A stretch of 64,000 bases of DNA from an uncultured Acidimicrobiia bacterium (GCA_963836205.1 CAWIIV010000006.1:448001-512000), one strand, 5' to 3'; counted from the stretch's first letter, positions 49,202 to 58,705 are shown. Numbers and translations: made by a program. The notes: generated by a model not told the origin, from the sequence alone.

Positions 49202-49657
49202 TTATCCGGTGATCCCGCAGACCTGGCGGCCGTACTCCTGCAGGTCCTGGCCCGCGACGCCGAACTCCGGCTCTGAGAGCACCGTGTAGTCGCCGGTGAG
49301 CAGCCGCTCGAAGCCTTCGGCCAGCACGGTGGCGGTGTCCTTGATCTCGGCCGGTGCGACGGCCACGGCCTCGCGCACCTGGGGCGCCACCTCCTGGAGC
49401 AGCGCCTGGAGGTCCTCCGGGCTGGAGACCACGGTGGGCACCTCCCGGAGGGTGTTGATGTTGGCCCGGGCCAGCACGCAGAACTCCTCGCTGTTGGCAC
49501 CGGTGAAGGTGCGGGGGGCTCGGGTCGTGGCCACCGGGACGGTGGTGGTGGCGTCGGTGGTCGCCTCCTCCTTGTCGTCGCCGCCGCCGCAACCGGCCAG
49601 CCCGACCAGGGCCACCACGGCCAGTGCGGACGACAGGACTCGAACTCGGCGCATCAT
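49202..49657 (-). CDS. Hypothetical lipoprotein
   Basis: MMRR..LVGLAGCGGG lipobox; overlaps the sufU stop. Confidence 0.8.
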   Translation of the reverse strand: MMRRVRVLSSALAVVALVGLAGCGGGDDKEEATTDATTTVPVATTRAPRTFTGANSEEFCVLARANINTLREVPTVVSSPEDLQALLQEVAPQVREAVAVAPAEIKDTATVLAEGFERLLTGDYTVLSEPEFGVAGQDLQEYGRQVCGITG

Positions 49658-50187
49658 GCTCCTTCGGCTTGGGCCTGGCCGGCGGGGGCCCGCGTGGACT
49701 GGGCCTCGTCGAGCGCCTGGGCCAGCGTGTTCCACGACAGCGTGGCGCACTTGATTCTTACCGGAAACTTCACCACGCCGCGCAGGGCCTCGAGATCGCC
49801 CAGCTTCACCTCGGGGTCGGGAGCCACCGCCTCCACCACCTCGCGGCCCTCGCCGTCGAGGCGGTGCTCGTGGATCGACATCATGGCCTTGAACGCCCGG
49901 ATCAGCTCCCGGGCCTCGGCCCAGGTGCGACCCTTCACCGCGGCCGACATCATCGAGGCCGAGGACTGGCTGATCGAGCAGCCCTGGCCCGAGATGCGGA
50001 TGTCGGCCACCGCGTCGGTGCCGTCGTCCTCGTCGGCGGTCAGGTCGACGTAGAGCACGACCTCGTCGCCGCACAGGGGGTTGAAACCCTCCACCCGCAG
50101 GGCGGGCGGGCTGGGCAGGTCGCCACGGTTCCGCGGGTTGCGGTAGTGGTCGAGGATGATCTCCCGGTACAGGTCTTCGAGCGACAT
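49654..50187 (-). CDS. sufU: SufU scaffold/sulfur-transfer protein
   Basis: LYREIILDHY.NPRN, NPLCGD, GCSISQSSAS, RIKCATL. Confidence 0.94.
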   Translation of the reverse strand: MSLEDLYREIILDHYRNPRNRGDLPSPPALRVEGFNPLCGDEVVLYVDLTADEDDGTDAVADIRISGQGCSISQSSASMMSAAVKGRTWAEARELIRAFKAMMSIHEHRLDGEGREVVEAVAPDPEVKLGDLEALRGVVKFPVRIKCATLSWNTLAQALDEAQSTRAPAGQAQAEGA

Positions 50188-50197
50188 CGGGCGGCCT

Positions 50198-51421
50198 CTA
50201 GCTGAAGAATTTGGACGCGGACAGCAGCGCCTCGGACAGGGCGTCGACGTCGGATTCGTCGTTGTAGACGTAGAACGACGCCCGGGCGGTGGCGTTGACG
50301 CCCATCCGCCGCATGAGCGGCTTGGCACAGTGGTGCCCGGCCCGGATGCACACCCCGGTCTCGTCGAGGACCTGGGACAGGTCGTGGGGGTGGATGTCGT
50401 GGTAGGCGAACGACAGCACCCCGCCCCGGCCCTCGGGGTCGGCCGGCCCGAACACGGTGAGGTCGTCGCCGTGGCGCTCGGCCAGGGTCGTGAGGGCGTA
50501 GGTGGTGAGCTCGATCTCGTGGCGGCGCACCGCGTCCATGCCCAACCCGGTGAGGTAGTCGACCGCCGCCCCCAACCCGACCGCCTCGGCGATGGGGGGC
50601 GTGCCCGCCTCGAACTTCCAGGGCAGGACGTTGGGCTTCCAGCCGTCGAGGCGCACGTCGGTGATCATCTCGCCCCCGCCCAGGAAGGCGGGCATGGAGT
50701 CGAGCAGCTCCTCCTTGCCCCAGAGGACACCGATGCCCGTGGGCCCGCACATCTTGTGGCCGGTGAAGGCGAGCAGGTCGCAGCCCAGGGCGGCCACGTC
50801 GGTGGGCAGGTGGGGGACGTACTGCGACCCGTCGACCAGCAACACCGCGCCGACCGCGTGGGCGGCGTCGGCCAGCTGCCGGATGGGGTTGAGCGTGCCC
50901 AACACGTTCGACATGGCGGTGACGCTCACCAGCCCGACCCCGTCGAGCAGGCGGTCGAGGTCGTCGAGGAGCAGGGTGCCGTCGTCAGAGACGGGGAGGT
51001 AGCGCAGCTCGACGCCTTTCTCCTCCCGCAGCATGAGCCAGGGGACGAGGTTGGCGTGGTGCTCCATCTCGGTGAGGAGCACGGCCTTGCCCGCCGGCAG
51101 GCAGTGGCGCCCGTAGCTGTGAGCCACCAGGTTGATGGCCTCGGTGGCGTTCTTGGTGAACACGACCTCGTTGGATGACCGGGCGCCGATGAAGCGGGCC
51201 ACCTTCGACCGCCCACTCTCGAAGGCGGCGGTGGCCTCTTCCGCCAGCCGGTACACGCCCCGGTGCACGTTGGCGTGGGTGTTCTCGTAGTAGTGGTCCA
51301 TGGCGTCGAGGACCGCCCGTGGCTTCTGCGAGCTGGCCGCCGAGTCGAGATAGACCAGCCGCCGCTCCTGGTTGAGGAGCGGGAAATCAGCCTTGACAGA
51401 CGAGCTCAGGCCGTGCGCCAC
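50198..51421 (-). CDS. sufS: Cysteine desulfurase SufS
   Basis: YLDSAASSQKP, TGHKMCGPTG, FEAGTP, RAGHHCA. Confidence 0.96.
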   Translation of the reverse strand: MAHGLSSSVKADFPLLNQERRLVYLDSAASSQKPRAVLDAMDHYYENTHANVHRGVYRLAEEATAAFESGRSKVARFIGARSSNEVVFTKNATEAINLVAHSYGRHCLPAGKAVLLTEMEHHANLVPWLMLREEKGVELRYLPVSDDGTLLLDDLDRLLDGVGLVSVTAMSNVLGTLNPIRQLADAAHAVGAVLLVDGSQYVPHLPTDVAALGCDLLAFTGHKMCGPTGIGVLWGKEELLDSMPAFLGGGEMITDVRLDGWKPNVLPWKFEAGTPPIAEAVGLGAAVDYLTGLGMDAVRRHEIELTTYALTTLAERHGDDLTVFGPADPEGRGGVLSFAYHDIHPHDLSQVLDETGVCIRAGHHCAKPLMRRMGVNATARASFYVYNDESDVDALSEALLSASKFFS

Positions 51422-52179
51422 GCGTCGTAGCCTTCGCGCTCGAGGCGGTGGGCCAGGTCGGCGTCGCCCTGGGCCACGATGCGCCCGTCGACGAGGATGT
51501 GCACCACGTCGGGCTCGAGGTACTGCAGGATGCGCTGGTAGTGGGTGATGAGGAGCACGCCCAGCTCGGGCCGGTCCTTGCGCACCTCGGACACCCCGTT
51601 GGACACCGTCTTCAGGGCGTCGATGTCGAGCCCGGAGTCGGTTTCGTCGAGGACGGCGAACTCGGGCTCGAGGATGGCCATCTGCAGGACCTCGTTGCGC
51701 TTCTTCTCACCGCCCGAGAAGCCCTCGTTGAGATAGCGGTCGCCGAACGACGGGTCGATGCCGAGGCGGGCCATCCACTCCATGATCGACAGCCGCAGCT
51801 CGAGCACCGACAGGTCGATGCCCTTGCGGGCCGACAGGGCCTGGCGGAGGAACTGCACCACCGACACGCCCGGGATCTCCTCCGGGTACTGGAAGGCCAG
51901 GAACAGGCCGGCCTTGCCCCGCACGTCGGTGGCCCAGTCGGTGATGTCGTCGTCCTTGAACGTGACCGTGCCCGACGTGACCTCGTAGTCGGGATGGGCC
52001 AGGAGGGTGTTGGCCAGGGTGGACTTCCCCGACCCGTTCGGCCCCATGAGCGCGTGCACCTCGCCCGCCATCACGGTGAGATCGACCCCCTTGAGGATCT
52101 CCTTGCCTTCCACCGAGACGTGCAGGTCCGTAATCTCGAACAACGGCGTCTCGGTCAGAGGCTGGCCCACGTCCTCCAT
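51406..52179 (-). CDS. sufC: Fe-S assembly ATPase SufC (copy 2)
   Basis: MGPNGSGKSTL, LAFQYPEEIPGV, NEGFSGGEKKRNE, DETDSGLD, ITHYQR. Confidence 0.94.
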   Translation of the reverse strand: MEDVGQPLTETPLFEITDLHVSVEGKEILKGVDLTVMAGEVHALMGPNGSGKSTLANTLLAHPDYEVTSGTVTFKDDDITDWATDVRGKAGLFLAFQYPEEIPGVSVVQFLRQALSARKGIDLSVLELRLSIMEWMARLGIDPSFGDRYLNEGFSGGEKKRNEVLQMAILEPEFAVLDETDSGLDIDALKTVSNGVSEVRKDRPELGVLLITHYQRILQYLEPDVVHILVDGRIVAQGDADLAHRLEREGYDAWRTA

Positions 52180-52217
52180 ATTACACCTACGGCCGTAGGG
52201 GAAATTGGGCCCGGGTC

Positions 52218-54386
52218 GTGGCAACGGCCGGTTTGGCTAACGTCGGAGCTATCGCCGATCCCTGGACGTTCATGGGCGCCAGCCCGTCGCTGGGACAGGC
52301 CGACGGCCACGTCACCCTGGTCGAAGGGGCCTCGTTCTGCATCTCCGACCGCAGCGGCGACATCCGGGCCGCCTCCGCCCAGGGCCTGTTCTTCCGCGAC
52401 ACCCGGTTCCTGTCCGGGCTCGAGCTCAAGATCAACGACTACCCGCCCGAGCCGCTGGCGGCGGAGACGTCCAACCCCTTCTCGGCCACGTTCGTCCTCC
52501 GCACCCAGACCCGGCCGGGGGCGGCCGAGAGCTCGCTCATGGTCTTCCGGTACCGGTACGTGGGACGGGGCATGCGGGAAGACCTGGTGCTCTCCAACTA
52601 CGGCGAGGAGGCGGCCTACTGCTCGGTCGAGCTCTCCTTCGCCGCCGACTTCGCCAACCTCTTCCGGGTCAAGGAGGGGCACCTGCGCAACGAGGGCAGC
52701 GTCGAGCTGCGCACGTCGGCGTCGGGGATGGCCTTCGACTACCGGCGGGGGCCGAGCACCAAGGGCCTGCGCATCGCGGCCAGCGAGCCGGCCCGGGCCC
52801 TGTCGTCCACGCTCCACTACGAGCTGGTCATCCCCGCCCGGGAGAGCTGGAACCTGTGCCTGCAGTTCACCCCCGTGATCGAGGGCGACGAGATCGAGCC
52901 CCGCTACCTGTGCGGCCAGCCGGTGGAGCAGGCCACGCCCAGCCAGCGCCTCGACCACTGGCGCAGCATCGTCCCCCGGGTGGAGACCGACTACGAGGAC
53001 CTGCGCAAGGTGGTGGCCCGGTCGGCCGAGGACCTGGGCGCCCTGCGCATCTTCGACCCCGACCACCCGGAGCGGACCGTGGTCGCCGCCGGCGCCCCCT
53101 GGTTCATGACCCTGTTCGGGCGCGACTCGCTGCTCACCGCGTGGATGGCGCTGCTGGTCGACCCCGACCTGGCCAAAGGAGTGCTCCAGACGCTGGCCCG
53201 GTTCCAGGGCACCCGGGTCGACCCCCGCCAGGACGAGGAGCCGGGCAAGATCCTCCACGAGATGCGCTTCGGCGAGGCGCCGTCGCTGTCGCTGGGCGGG
53301 GGCGACGTCTACTACGGGTCGGCCGACTCCACGCCCCTGTTCGTGATGCTGCTGGGCGAGCTGCGGCGGTGGGGCCTGGCGCCCGACGTGGTCGACGCCC
53401 TCCTGCCCGCCGCCGACCGGGCCCTGTCGTGGATCGAGGACTACGGCGACATGGACGGCGACGGCTACGTCGAGTACCGGCGGGCGTCCGACAAGGGCCT
53501 GGCCAACCAGGGCTGGAAGGACTCCTGGAACGCCATCCGCTTCGCCGACGGCCGCCTGGCCCGTCCCCCCATCGCCCTGTGCGAGGTGCAGGGCTACGTC
53601 TACGCCGCTTACCTGGCCCGGGCCCACTTCGCCGACGAGGCCGGCGACACCGAGCTGGCCGTCGACTACCGGGCCCGCGCCAACGACCTGAAAGTCCAGT
53701 TCAACCGCGACTTCTGGCTGCCCAAGCAGGGTTGGTACGCCCTGGGCCTCGACTGCGACAAGCGCCCCATCGACGCCCTCGCGTCCAACATGGGCCACTG
53801 CCTGTGGACCGGGATCGTCGACGAGGACCGGGCTCCGTTGGTGGCCGAGCGGCTGCTGTCGCCCGAGATGTTCAGCGGCTTCGGCATCCGCACGCTCGCC
53901 ACCACCATGTCGGGCTACAACCCGATCAGCTACCACATCGGGTCGATCTGGCCCCACGACAACGCCATCATCGCCGCCGGGCTCATGCGCTACGGGTTCG
54001 CCGACGAGGCCAACCGGGTGATCAAGGGCCTGCTCGACGCGGCCACCCACTTCGACCACGGCCTGCCCGAGCTGTTCGGGGGCCTGAGCCGCGACGACGT
54101 GCCGTTCCCCGTCAGCTACCCGTCGTCGTGCACGCCCCAGGCATGGTCGGCGGCGTCGCCGCTGCTGTTCCTCCGGACGCTCCTCCGGTTCGACCCGTGG
54201 GTCCCCCACGACAAGGTGTGGGTCGACCCCGAGCTCCCGGAGTGGATGGGCCGCCTGCGGATCGGCAACATCCCCCTGGCCGGCCAGCGCATCACCATCG
54301 ACGTCGACCGGGCGGGGACCAAGATCGAGGGCCTCCCCCCCGACATCGAAGTCGTCAGCGAGCCCCGCGACCCCCTGACCGCCTGA
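52218..54386 (+). CDS. Amylo-alpha-1,6-glucosidase (glycogen debranching family)
   Basis: AAGAPWFMTLFGRDSL, EEPGKILHE, NQGWKDS, YH.GSIWPHDN, PQAWSA. Confidence 0.93.
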   Translation: MATAGLANVGAIADPWTFMGASPSLGQADGHVTLVEGASFCISDRSGDIRAASAQGLFFRDTRFLSGLELKINDYPPEPLAAETSNPFSATFVLRTQTRPGAAESSLMVFRYRYVGRGMREDLVLSNYGEEAAYCSVELSFAADFANLFRVKEGHLRNEGSVELRTSASGMAFDYRRGPSTKGLRIAASEPARALSSTLHYELVIPARESWNLCLQFTPVIEGDEIEPRYLCGQPVEQATPSQRLDHWRSIVPRVETDYEDLRKVVARSAEDLGALRIFDPDHPERTVVAAGAPWFMTLFGRDSLLTAWMALLVDPDLAKGVLQTLARFQGTRVDPRQDEEPGKILHEMRFGEAPSLSLGGGDVYYGSADSTPLFVMLLGELRRWGLAPDVVDALLPAADRALSWIEDYGDMDGDGYVEYRRASDKGLANQGWKDSWNAIRFADGRLARPPIALCEVQGYVYAAYLARAHFADEAGDTELAVDYRARANDLKVQFNRDFWLPKQGWYALGLDCDKRPIDALASNMGHCLWTGIVDEDRAPLVAERLLSPEMFSGFGIRTLATTMSGYNPISYHIGSIWPHDNAIIAAGLMRYGFADEANRVIKGLLDAATHFDHGLPELFGGLSRDDVPFPVSYPSSCTPQAWSAASPLLFLRTLLRFDPWVPHDKVWVDPELPEWMGRLRIGNIPLAGQRITIDVDRAGTKIEGLPPDIEVVSEPRDPLTA

Positions 54387-54388
54387 CC

Positions 54389-54439
54389 GTTCGTGGGCCG
54401 GTTTGGGGGCGCCTGGCGCACCTTTTCCGACCCACGAAC
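54389..54439. repeat. 51-bp imperfect palindrome, family B copy 2
   Basis: GTTCGTGGG...CCCACGAAC between convergent genes; reverse complement shares GGAAAAGGTGCGC..GGCGCCCC with 38332. Confidence 0.78.
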
Positions 54440-54442
54440 TTC

Positions 54443-55060
54443 CTACCAGCCCCGGTCGACCCACTCCTGGAGGTTGGGCCGCTCGGTACCGATGGTGGTG
54501 TCGGAGCCGTGGCCGGGCAGCACGAGGGTGTCAGGCGGGAGAGTGGCGAACAGGCGGTCGTCGATCGAGCGGATGATCGTGGCGAAGTCGGAGTAGGCCC
54601 ACCGGGTGGCGCCCGGCCCCCCGGGGAACAGGGTGTCGCCCGAGAACAGCACCGGTGACCCCTCGACCTTGAAGCACATCGAACCCGGCGTGTGGCCGGG
54701 CGTGAGGATGGTGTGCAGCCGCAGCCGGCCTACGGCGATCACGGTGTCGTCCTCCAGGAGGAAGTCGTACGACGGGAGCATGGCCGCGTCCTCGGCCGTC
54801 ACGCCTACCAGGTAACCCGCCTCCCGGACCGCGGGGACGGCCTGGATGTGGTCCCAGTGGCCGTGGGTCTCGAGGACCTGGCGGACGTCGAGTCGCCGGC
54901 ACAGCTCGAGCAGCTTGTCGTGCTCGTTGGCCGCGTCGAGCAACGCCGCCTCCCCCGTCTCCCGGCAGCGGACGACGAAGACGTTGTTGGCCAGCGGTCC
55001 CACCACCAGGCGGGTGATCTCGACCTGCGAGTCCTGGTAGTGGAGCGCGCCGGCAACCAT
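54443..55060 (-). CDS. MBL-fold metallo-hydrolase (glyoxalase II-like)
   Basis: THGHWDH, TPGHTPGS, FSGDTLF, PGHG. Confidence 0.93.
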   Translation of the reverse strand: MVAGALHYQDSQVEITRLVVGPLANNVFVVRCRETGEAALLDAANEHDKLLELCRRLDVRQVLETHGHWDHIQAVPAVREAGYLVGVTAEDAAMLPSYDFLLEDDTVIAVGRLRLHTILTPGHTPGSMCFKVEGSPVLFSGDTLFPGGPGATRWAYSDFATIIRSIDDRLFATLPPDTLVLPGHGSDTTIGTERPNLQEWVDRGW

Positions 55061-55147
55061 GCAGTCGAGTATGGCGCCGAGCGCGCGCCTCGGCGGTCGC
55101 CGTCTGGGTTGAGCCCCGAGTCTGTGGAAGTCTCGACAGGGGGAGGC

Positions 55148-56551
55148 ATGGACGGCGAGGCATCCGAGAACCGAACAGCAGCAGCCGCAGAAGTCGCTGT
55201 CAGCTACTCAAGCCGCGACCGCACGCAGGTAGTCGAGTTCGTCGAGCAGCTTCGCCAAGCCGGGGTCTCAGTATGGATCGACTACGGCAGCATCGACGGA
55301 GCGCTCTTGTGGCACCAGGAGATCGCCGACGCGATCGAGGCGTGCAAGGCGCTCGTGCTCTTCGCGTCGGCGGCGTCGCTGAGCTCGCCGCATGTCGTCC
55401 GGGAGGTGTCGTTGGCCTTGGACATGAACAAGCCGATCCTGCCTGTGTTTCTGGAAGCCACCGAGATCCCCCGGTCGCTTCGCTACCAACTGACTGGCAT
55501 CCAGCACATCAAATTCCACTCCGGTGACCCCAGCGAGACCTACGCGGCGGTCCTCCGCTCGCTCTCACGACTGGGCGTCGAGATCCGGAAGCCGATCGCC
55601 TCAGTCCGCGCAGCACCCGAGGAGCCCAGTTCCGTCCCGCTCCGCGTCGCCCGCCCACCAGTGCCGAACGTGGTGAGGCCCCGAGCCCCCGCCGGGGCCG
55701 CCCAGCGGGTTCATCGCCGGTCGCCGGGCGTCGGACATGAGGTCCGTGCAGGGGCAAGGGCCAATATCGAGGCGGCCGGGAGGTCGTCCCGAGGGCCATG
55801 GAAGATCGCGGCCGCTTCGATTCTCCTCGTTGTGGCGGTCGTGATCGGATTCTTGCAGCTGGCCCCCGAGCGGGGCAGCGATGGATCGACACTCAGCGAC
55901 CACCCAAGCACTACGGCGAGCACCGCCGCCGCCGGGTCCGGTACGCCTGTTAGCCTGCCGACCCCAGTCACGGGTGCATCGATCACCGGCGAAACCCCGT
56001 GCCCGAACGTCGACGGGTCGTCGCCCCGCACGACGGCCTTCGCCAAGGCGCCCCCGACGTGCATCGACGCCGGTAGGGCCTACGCCGCCGAAATGCAGAC
56101 GTCGAAGGGCCTCATCACGATCACCCTCGATGCCGACAGCGCACCCCTGACGGTGAACAACTTCGTGGTCCTGGCCCGCTACCACTTCTTCGACACACTG
56201 CCCTTTCACCGCATTGTCAGGGGCTTCGTTGTACAGGGGGGCTCACCCGATGCGACGGGCGCTGGTGGACCCGGCTACCGGTTCGCCGACGAGCTGCCCC
56301 CGGCCGACGGCTACGAGCTGGGGGCGGTCGCCATGGCCAATTCGGGTGCCGACACCAATGGCAGCCAGTTTTTCATCGTCTCGGGCGATCCGAGTTCCTT
56401 GGCGCCCAGCTACACGCTGTTCGGCGAGGTCACCGCCGGCCTTGACGTTGTTAGGGACATCGACGCCGCCGGCCTACCTGGATCGGATTCGGATGCGGGC
56501 AAGCCTACCGAGGTCGTAACCATCCAGTCGGTGGTAATCCAAGAGAGCTGA
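55148..56551 (+). CDS. TIR domain - linker - TM helix - cyclophilin-type PPIase fusion
   Basis: GGAGG RBS; VAVSYSSRD..VWID..W.QEIADAI..S.HVVREV; TM WKIAAASILLVVAVVIGFL; APLTVNNF..FHRIV..QGG..AMAN..TNGSQFFI. Confidence 0.88.
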   Translation: MDGEASENRTAAAAEVAVSYSSRDRTQVVEFVEQLRQAGVSVWIDYGSIDGALLWHQEIADAIEACKALVLFASAASLSSPHVVREVSLALDMNKPILPVFLEATEIPRSLRYQLTGIQHIKFHSGDPSETYAAVLRSLSRLGVEIRKPIASVRAAPEEPSSVPLRVARPPVPNVVRPRAPAGAAQRVHRRSPGVGHEVRAGARANIEAAGRSSRGPWKIAAASILLVVAVVIGFLQLAPERGSDGSTLSDHPSTTASTAAAGSGTPVSLPTPVTGASITGETPCPNVDGSSPRTTAFAKAPPTCIDAGRAYAAEMQTSKGLITITLDADSAPLTVNNFVVLARYHFFDTLPFHRIVRGFVVQGGSPDATGAGGPGYRFADELPPADGYELGAVAMANSGADTNGSQFFIVSGDPSSLAPSYTLFGEVTAGLDVVRDIDAAGLPGSDSDAGKPTEVVTIQSVVIQES

Positions 56552-56587
56552 GGGGGAAGAGTCGGCACCCGCCGCTAGCCTGCCCGG

Positions 56588-57022
56588 GTGGCCGTGATCC
56601 TCGTGGCGCTGGCGATCGCAGGTGTCTTCGCCATCGCCGCCGTCGTCATCGGCCGGGAGGTCCGCCGGCTGGCCGCCCGGCCCCCGCAGCGGTCGTTCGA
56701 CTTCGAGGAGGCGGTGGCCTACGTGTGCGACCACGTCGGGCTCGAGGTGGCCTCCGTCTTGAGCCCCGACGACGTCCGCAAGATCCTCGACTGGCACCTC
56801 GAGTACTTCCGCCTCCGGGGGGTGGCGTCGAACGGCGACCGGCCTCACACCGACGGGCCGGTGGTGGTCAGCGGGGCGGAGACGGTGGACTTCGTGCTCA
56901 TGCAGTCGGAGGCGAGCGGCACCCCGTACACGCCCGCCCAGGTCCACGCCGTCCTCGACGCCCAGATGCGTTACCTGGAGGAGATCGGGGCCGTCGGCCA
57001 GGTCGCCGATCCCGACGAGTAA
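56588..57022 (+). CDS. Hypothetical membrane-anchored protein
   Basis: N-terminal TM helix, host-like codon usage, TAGCCT -10 six nt before the GTG. Confidence 0.8.
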   Translation: MAVILVALAIAGVFAIAAVVIGREVRRLAARPPQRSFDFEEAVAYVCDHVGLEVASVLSPDDVRKILDWHLEYFRLRGVASNGDRPHTDGPVVVSGAETVDFVLMQSEASGTPYTPAQVHAVLDAQMRYLEEIGAVGQVADPDE

Positions 57023-57059
57023 ACGTCACCACTTTTGGCCGCCGGTGTGCTTTCATACG

Positions 57060-57277
57060 TACACCGAAGAAAGGAGGTGGTCCAACTGAGCGATAGTTGT
57101 CTTGGGACCTCGGAGGTGGCTGTCCGCTAGCGGCAGCTGGGCCACGCTGGCGAATACCGCCAGTCACCGCTCGAGATCACGTCCGGAGCTGGTCCCGCCC
57201 GGAGTAGTCCGTTGATCTCGGGTTTTCCTTTCCAGCTAGAACTACAGCCGAGGGGGCGCACACCGCGCCCCCTCGGC
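57060..57277 (+). ncRNA. Unidentified structured intergenic RNA candidate containing SD and a 14-codon ORF
   Basis: AAGGAGGT, CTG at 57086 to TAG at 57130, several stems and a terminal 13-bp perfect hairpin. Confidence 0.5.
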
Positions 57278-57305
57278 GCGAGGCGGGCTCCGAACGGGGG
57301 TGGTC

Positions 57306-58064
57306 ATGCGTATCGACATCGATTCGGGCGGTCTGCGGCTGTCCGGCCACCTCTACCGGCCGACTGACGACTCCGGCGACACTCCGTCACGGGGGCTGGT
57401 GCTGTGCCACGGCTTCCCGGCCGGGCCCGGCGGCTCGGCCACGTCGGGGCAGACGTTCCCCGAGTTCGCCGAGCGGTTGGCCGCCGACACCGGCTGGACC
57501 GTCCTCACCTTCAACTTCCGGGGCACGGGCTCGTCCGAGGGTGACTTCTCGCTCTCCGGCTGGCTCACCGACCTGCGGGCGGCCATCGACTTCCTCCTCG
57601 CCACCGGGCTGGTCACGGGCGTGTGGCTGGCCGGTTCGGGCACGGGCGGCGCCGTCGCCATCTGCGCCGCGGCCGAGGACGACCGGGTGCAGGGCGTCGC
57701 CGCCCTCGCCCCCCACGCCGACTTCCGCGACTGGGGCGCCGATCCCGACGGGTTCCTCGACCACACCCGGCGCATCGGCGTGGTGCGCGACCCCCACTTC
57801 CCCCCCGACATGGACCTGTGGACCCGGGAGCTGCTCGAGATCCGGCCCATCGTGGTCATCGGCAAGCTCCCGCCCCGGCCGGTGCTGCTCGTCCACGGCG
57901 GCGACGACGAGATCGTCCACCTCCAGGACGCCCGCTGGCTGGCCGACGCCACCGACGGCAAGGCCGAGCTGCGCATCGTCCCCGGCGCCGGCCACCGCCT
58001 CCGTCACGACCCCCGGGCGGTCGCCATCCTCATCGGGTGGCTGGAGCGTCAGCCGGTCGACTGA
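57306..58064 (+). CDS. Alpha/beta hydrolase fold protein
   Basis: LCHGFP, FNFRGTGSSEGDF, VHGGDDEIV, GAGH; elbow reads GSGTGG. Confidence 0.88.
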   Translation: MRIDIDSGGLRLSGHLYRPTDDSGDTPSRGLVLCHGFPAGPGGSATSGQTFPEFAERLAADTGWTVLTFNFRGTGSSEGDFSLSGWLTDLRAAIDFLLATGLVTGVWLAGSGTGGAVAICAAAEDDRVQGVAALAPHADFRDWGADPDGFLDHTRRIGVVRDPHFPPDMDLWTRELLEIRPIVVIGKLPPRPVLLVHGGDDEIVHLQDARWLADATDGKAELRIVPGAGHRLRHDPRAVAILIGWLERQPVD

Positions 58065-58705
58065 TCGGCGGCGTCGATGGCGGCGTCGATCGCCCCACGG
58101 AGGGCGGCGGCGGCCGTTTTGGGATCGTCGGACTCCGTCAGCCACCGCACGACCACGAAGCGCCGGGCGCCGGCGGCCACCATGTCGGCGACAGTGGCGG
58201 GGCTCACCCCCCCGGTGACGAACCAGGGCCGGGCGTGGTTAACGGTGCCGGCTGCGTACCGGAGGTATCCCAGCCCGGTTCCGGGGCGGCCGGGCTTGGT
58301 CGGCGTGGGCGACACCGGCCCGGTGGACACGTAGTCGACCGGCTCCTGGGCGGCGGCGTCGAGCTCCGAGGGGGCATGAGTCGAGAAGCCGACGATGGCT
58401 GCGGGGCCGAGGATGCGGCGGACGAGGGCGGGAGGGGCGTCGTCCTGGCCCACGTGGACGCCGTCGGCCCCCACCTCGAGGGCCAGGTCGGGACGGTCGT
58501 TGAGGATGAAGGGCACGCCGTAGTCATGGCACATGGCCGCCGCCACCCGGGCCCGGTCGATGAGGGGTCGGGCGTCGAGGCGCTTGTCCCGGAGCTGGAC
58601 CAGGTCGACGCCACCGGCGATGCAGGCGGCGAGGAAGGCGGCCAGGTCGGGGCGGTCGGCGGTGCAGAGGTAGAGCCGGCGGCCGTCCAGGTCGAGGGCG
58701 GTCAT
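58049..58705 (-). CDS. thiE: Thiamine phosphate synthase
   Basis: VQLRDK, ILNDRPD, GVHVGQDD, GFSTH, TPTKPG. Confidence 0.95.
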   Translation of the reverse strand: MTALDLDGRRLYLCTADRPDLAAFLAACIAGGVDLVQLRDKRLDARPLIDRARVAAAMCHDYGVPFILNDRPDLALEVGADGVHVGQDDAPPALVRRILGPAAIVGFSTHAPSELDAAAQEPVDYVSTGPVSPTPTKPGRPGTGLGYLRYAAGTVNHARPWFVTGGVSPATVADMVAAGARRFVVVRWLTESDDPKTAAAALRGAIDAAIDAADQSTG

